A DNA stretch of 64,000 nt from Eledone cirrhosa. Its lineage: Eukaryota. The stretch lies in the NCBI GenBank assembly GCA_964016885.1, contig OZ024748.1, forward strand, positions 11,098,001 to 11,162,000, read 5' to 3'. Both the position numbers and the translations under genes were made by a program. A model generated the notes under the pieces. It ran no database searches, was not told the origin of the DNA, and saw only the letters and a program-made list of their open reading frames with translations. Of this stretch, positions 59,082 to 64,000 are shown one piece after another (within the stretch, counting starts at the first letter, position 1; every line of letters starts with the position of its first letter).

Positions 59082-61970
59082 GATGAGCGAGAGGGAGAGA
59101 GGGTGAGAGAGAGAAAGAGGCAGAGAGAGAGGGAGAGAGAGAGAAATAACGAGAGATAGAGAGAGAGAAAGAGAAAGAGAGAAAGAGGGTGAGAAAGAGA
59201 GAGAGAGAGGGAGAGAGAGAGCAAGAGGGAGAGAGAGGGGGAAAGAGGGATAGAGAGATAGATAGAGAGAGAGGGATAGAGAGACAGGAGGGCGGCAGAA
59301 ATGAAAAGTAGAAGGTTTTGCGGTTTTCGTCGTCGGCGGAGTTATTACTGCTGCTGCTGTTGCTGCTTTTGTTACTGCTGCTGCTGTTGTTGCTGTTACT
59401 GTTACTGCTGCTGCTGTTGTTGCTGTTACTGTTACTGATACTGCTGTTGTTGCTGTTGTTGTTGCTGCTTTTGGTGCTGCTGCTGTTGCTGTTTCTGCTG
59501 CTGTTGTTGCTGTGGTTATTGTTGTTGTTACTGTTGTTGTTGCTGTGGTTATTGTTGTTGTTACTGTTGTTGTTGCTGTGGTTATTGCTGTTGTTACTGT
59601 TGTTGTTGCTGTGGTTATTGCTGTTGTTACTGTTGTTGTTGTTGTTGTTGTTGTTGTTACTGTTGTTGTTGTTGTTGTTGTTGTTATTGTTGTTTCTGTT
59701 GCTGTCGGTGTTGCTGTTGTTACTGTTGTTGTTGTTGTTGCTGTCGCTGTTGGTGTTTGTTAATGCGGTAACGAAACAACAGCAACAACAATAGCAACAA
59801 CAATAACAACAACAGGAAGAGGAAGAACCACAACATCAAAAGCAACAACAGCAACAACAACAACATCAACAACAACACCATTAACAACAACAACAACAAC
59901 AACACCAGCACCATTAACAACAACAGTAACAACAGCAACAACAACACCATTAACAACAACAGTAACAACAACAACAACAACACCAGCACCATTAACAACA
60001 ACAGTAACAACAGCAACAACAACAACACCATTAACAACAACAGTAACAACAACAACAACAACAACACCAGCACCATTAACAACAACAGTAACAACAACAG
60101 CAACAACAACAAACAACATCAAAAGCAACAACAACACCACCACCACCACCACCACCACCATTGATTATACAATGTCAGGGTGGGCATGGCTGGAATGTTT
60201 TAGCAATGACAGTTGCAGTGTATGGTGCTTCACCTGGGGCTAAACACTACCAACGCCACCGCCACCGCCTCCACCACCTTAACCACCTTAACCATGACCA
60301 ACACCACCTCAACCTCCACCACCACCATACCGTCACCAACGCCACCATCATCACCACCAACAACAGCAACACCACCACCACCACCTTCACCACAACACCG
60401 TCAACACCACCACCTCCATCACCATCATCAACAAGAGCAACATCACCATCACCACCATCATCATTCTCATCACCAACAACACCGCCATCATCAAGACCAT
60501 CACCACTACCACTACCAACAACAACACCACCACCACTAACAGCAACACCGCCGCCACTCACATCAACACCACTACCACCAACATAAACACCACCACCATC
60601 ATCATCATCATCACCACCACCACCACTACCACCACTTCCATTATGACCACCACCACCACCACCACCACCATCATCATCACCACCACCACCACCACCACCA
60701 CTACCACCACCACCACCTCCACTACCACCTCCATCATGACCACCACCACCATCATCACCACCACCACCACCACTACCACCACCACCACCTCCACTATGAC
60801 CACCACCACCATCACCACTACCACCTCCATCATGACCACCACCACCATCATCACCACCACCACCACCACCACCATCACCACTACCACCTCCATCATGACC
60901 ACCACCACCATCATCATCCTCACCATCATCACTACCATCACCACTACCACCACCTCCATTATGACCACGCCCATCAAAAAACTTATACTGCTTCTAATGT
61001 TAACAGACAGTGGCGGTTCATTGGAGGGGGAGGTGCTGTATTAAGGGTCCAACAACATCTAAAAGAACCCTAAATAAATATTTTTTTTTTACTGTCATAA
61101 ATAATAACTTATGAATGAGTCTGGTGCGAAGACCTCCATGGAATATTCAGCCAGTGGCCCCCACTAGCTTAACAGTAGCTCACCTAGAACCACGCCCATA
61201 AATAAAGCTTACTACTTCTGTCATAATATCAACAGACCTTCGCCTATGACCACGCCTATCGATATAACGTAATTCCTCCTCCCAACACTACTAGACACCC
61301 CCACTGTCTTCACCCCGCCGCATATAACCACGCCCATCTATACAACTTTTAATCTTCTCTCAACAGTAACAAACTCCCATCCATCCCACTCCCACACATG
61401 GCCACGCCCATCGGTAAAACGTATACACAAACATACTACACTCCTTCCCCTCCATCTCCACGCATCTGGCCACGCCCATCGATACAACTTATAAACTCCT
61501 CCTCCTCCTTCAACAATACTAACAAATCAATCTCCTATATGACCACGCCCATCGATACAACTGAAACACTTCTCTCAACGTTAAAACATCGAAACAAGAA
61601 GGCCTATATGTGGTCACTAGATCTGCTTAAAATAGCAGCCAAATTTCCATGAAATTGAGAGGAGATGATCGTGTATGGCTTAGAAAGCTAAAATAGGTTA
61701 ATATATACCCTGGAGAGGGTATATACATGTGTTTAGAAAGCCTAGATAGGTTAAAATATACACTGGAGAGGGTATATATATGTGGTGGTGGTGGTAGTGG
61801 ATGTAGTGGTGGTGGTTGTGGTGGTGCTGGTGCTGGTACACAAATTGTTGACCTCTATATCAGAATGTGTATGTATATGTCTCTCTCTCTCTCTTATATA
61901 TATTTATAATATATTTATTTTTATATAAATATAAAAATATATTTACATAAATATACATATATATATATAA

Positions 61971-63178
<1,208 letters not shown>

Positions 63179-63293
63179 CCGGAAAAAAAGACAGCGTTAA
63201 CGGTTGGAGCTTCCTGGCCTATCCAGAAAGCTCCAACCGTTAAGGTTGTCTTTTTTTCCGGGTATGCCAATATTTTTTTATAAAACAAATCTG

Positions 63294-63359
63294 TATTTTA
63301 TCTGATGAAAGCGCACCATAATTTGCCTTGGTGGCTCTTGAAATATGCATAATAAAATA
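63294..63359 (+). ncRNA. Hammerhead motif family C
   Basis: TATTTTAT-CTGATGA-AAG..CACCA...TGGTG..CTT-GAAA-TATGCATA-ATAAAATA; palindromic stem III. Confidence 0.78.
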
Positions 63360-64000
63360 AATATGGTTTTAAAAATATAGTTTCCATTTATTAATATATT
63401 GTATATATTCATATGATTTATTGATATTTTATCTGAGTGACCCGAATCTTCCTGATCGTAATTTTTCGGTCGTATGGGTGATTTTAGACATAATCTTTGT
63501 GTGTTGGTATTTTAACGATAGTTATAGCTCTGATTTATCTGAATTATTGAGCCCTCTGCCACTCATGTCGAATTTGTTTATCGTGAACTCGTAAGCCGAT
63601 TTTTCGATACTCGATTATTCTACTATATATATATATATATATATTTTATAGTTGAGACAGAAAACAAAACACAAAAAAACAACGTGGAAGCGAAGAGGCA
63701 GTTATATATATACTAGCCAAATTACCCGCGCCTTGATGCGTTTCGCACATTTTTTGGGTAAGAAACTGATGATTTTTGTTGATAATTTTTGTTGTTATAA
63801 TTCTAGTGATGTTTTGCCATAGATAAAATGTCTAAATTAGCCAAATTTTACTATAAAAGAGAGATGCTTTTTTTGTTGATTTACGTTTAATTAATAGAAA
63901 AACTCCGTGGTAATAGAGGTTCCAATACTCAAGTTATGGATTTCCAAAATTTTCACTATAGGGGGTTTAACCCCGATTAGGGTGTCTTAATATTATTGAA

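Noticed and set aside
63710-64000. Possible Helitron/Helentron-like start (TACTAG...TACCCGCG)
   Set aside because: Only a short terminal resemblance; the other end is outside the window.

Overview
AT-rich, microsatellite-saturated animal genomic DNA. The SINE types and repeat content suggest an octopus-like cephalopod (inference). One host gene is supported: the first five coding exons of a minus-strand glutamate decarboxylase (GAD; 47833->26627), with GT-AG boundaries and continuous reading phase. Its remaining exons were not found and probably lie beyond position 1. The rest is mobile DNA: a 5'-truncated Penelope-like element (RT C-terminus + GIY-YIG), three Tx1/L1-clade 3' fragments in (TATC)n, two RTE-like fragments in (TA)n, a bipartite LINE-derived element in (TATG)n, an internally deleted Tc1, hAT-like MITEs, tRNA-derived SINEs and minisatellites. 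The most striking signal is about 20 type-I hammerhead-ribozyme (HHR) motifs or remnants from about 10 distinct sequence families. They sit in short non-coding cassettes, nearly all embedded in (TA)n tracts. Many cassettes fold back on themselves with the turn at or near the ribozyme, and one family also forms the 3' end of the Penelope-like element. All folds and coordinates were read by eye. Most long ORFs in the track are microsatellite artefacts.
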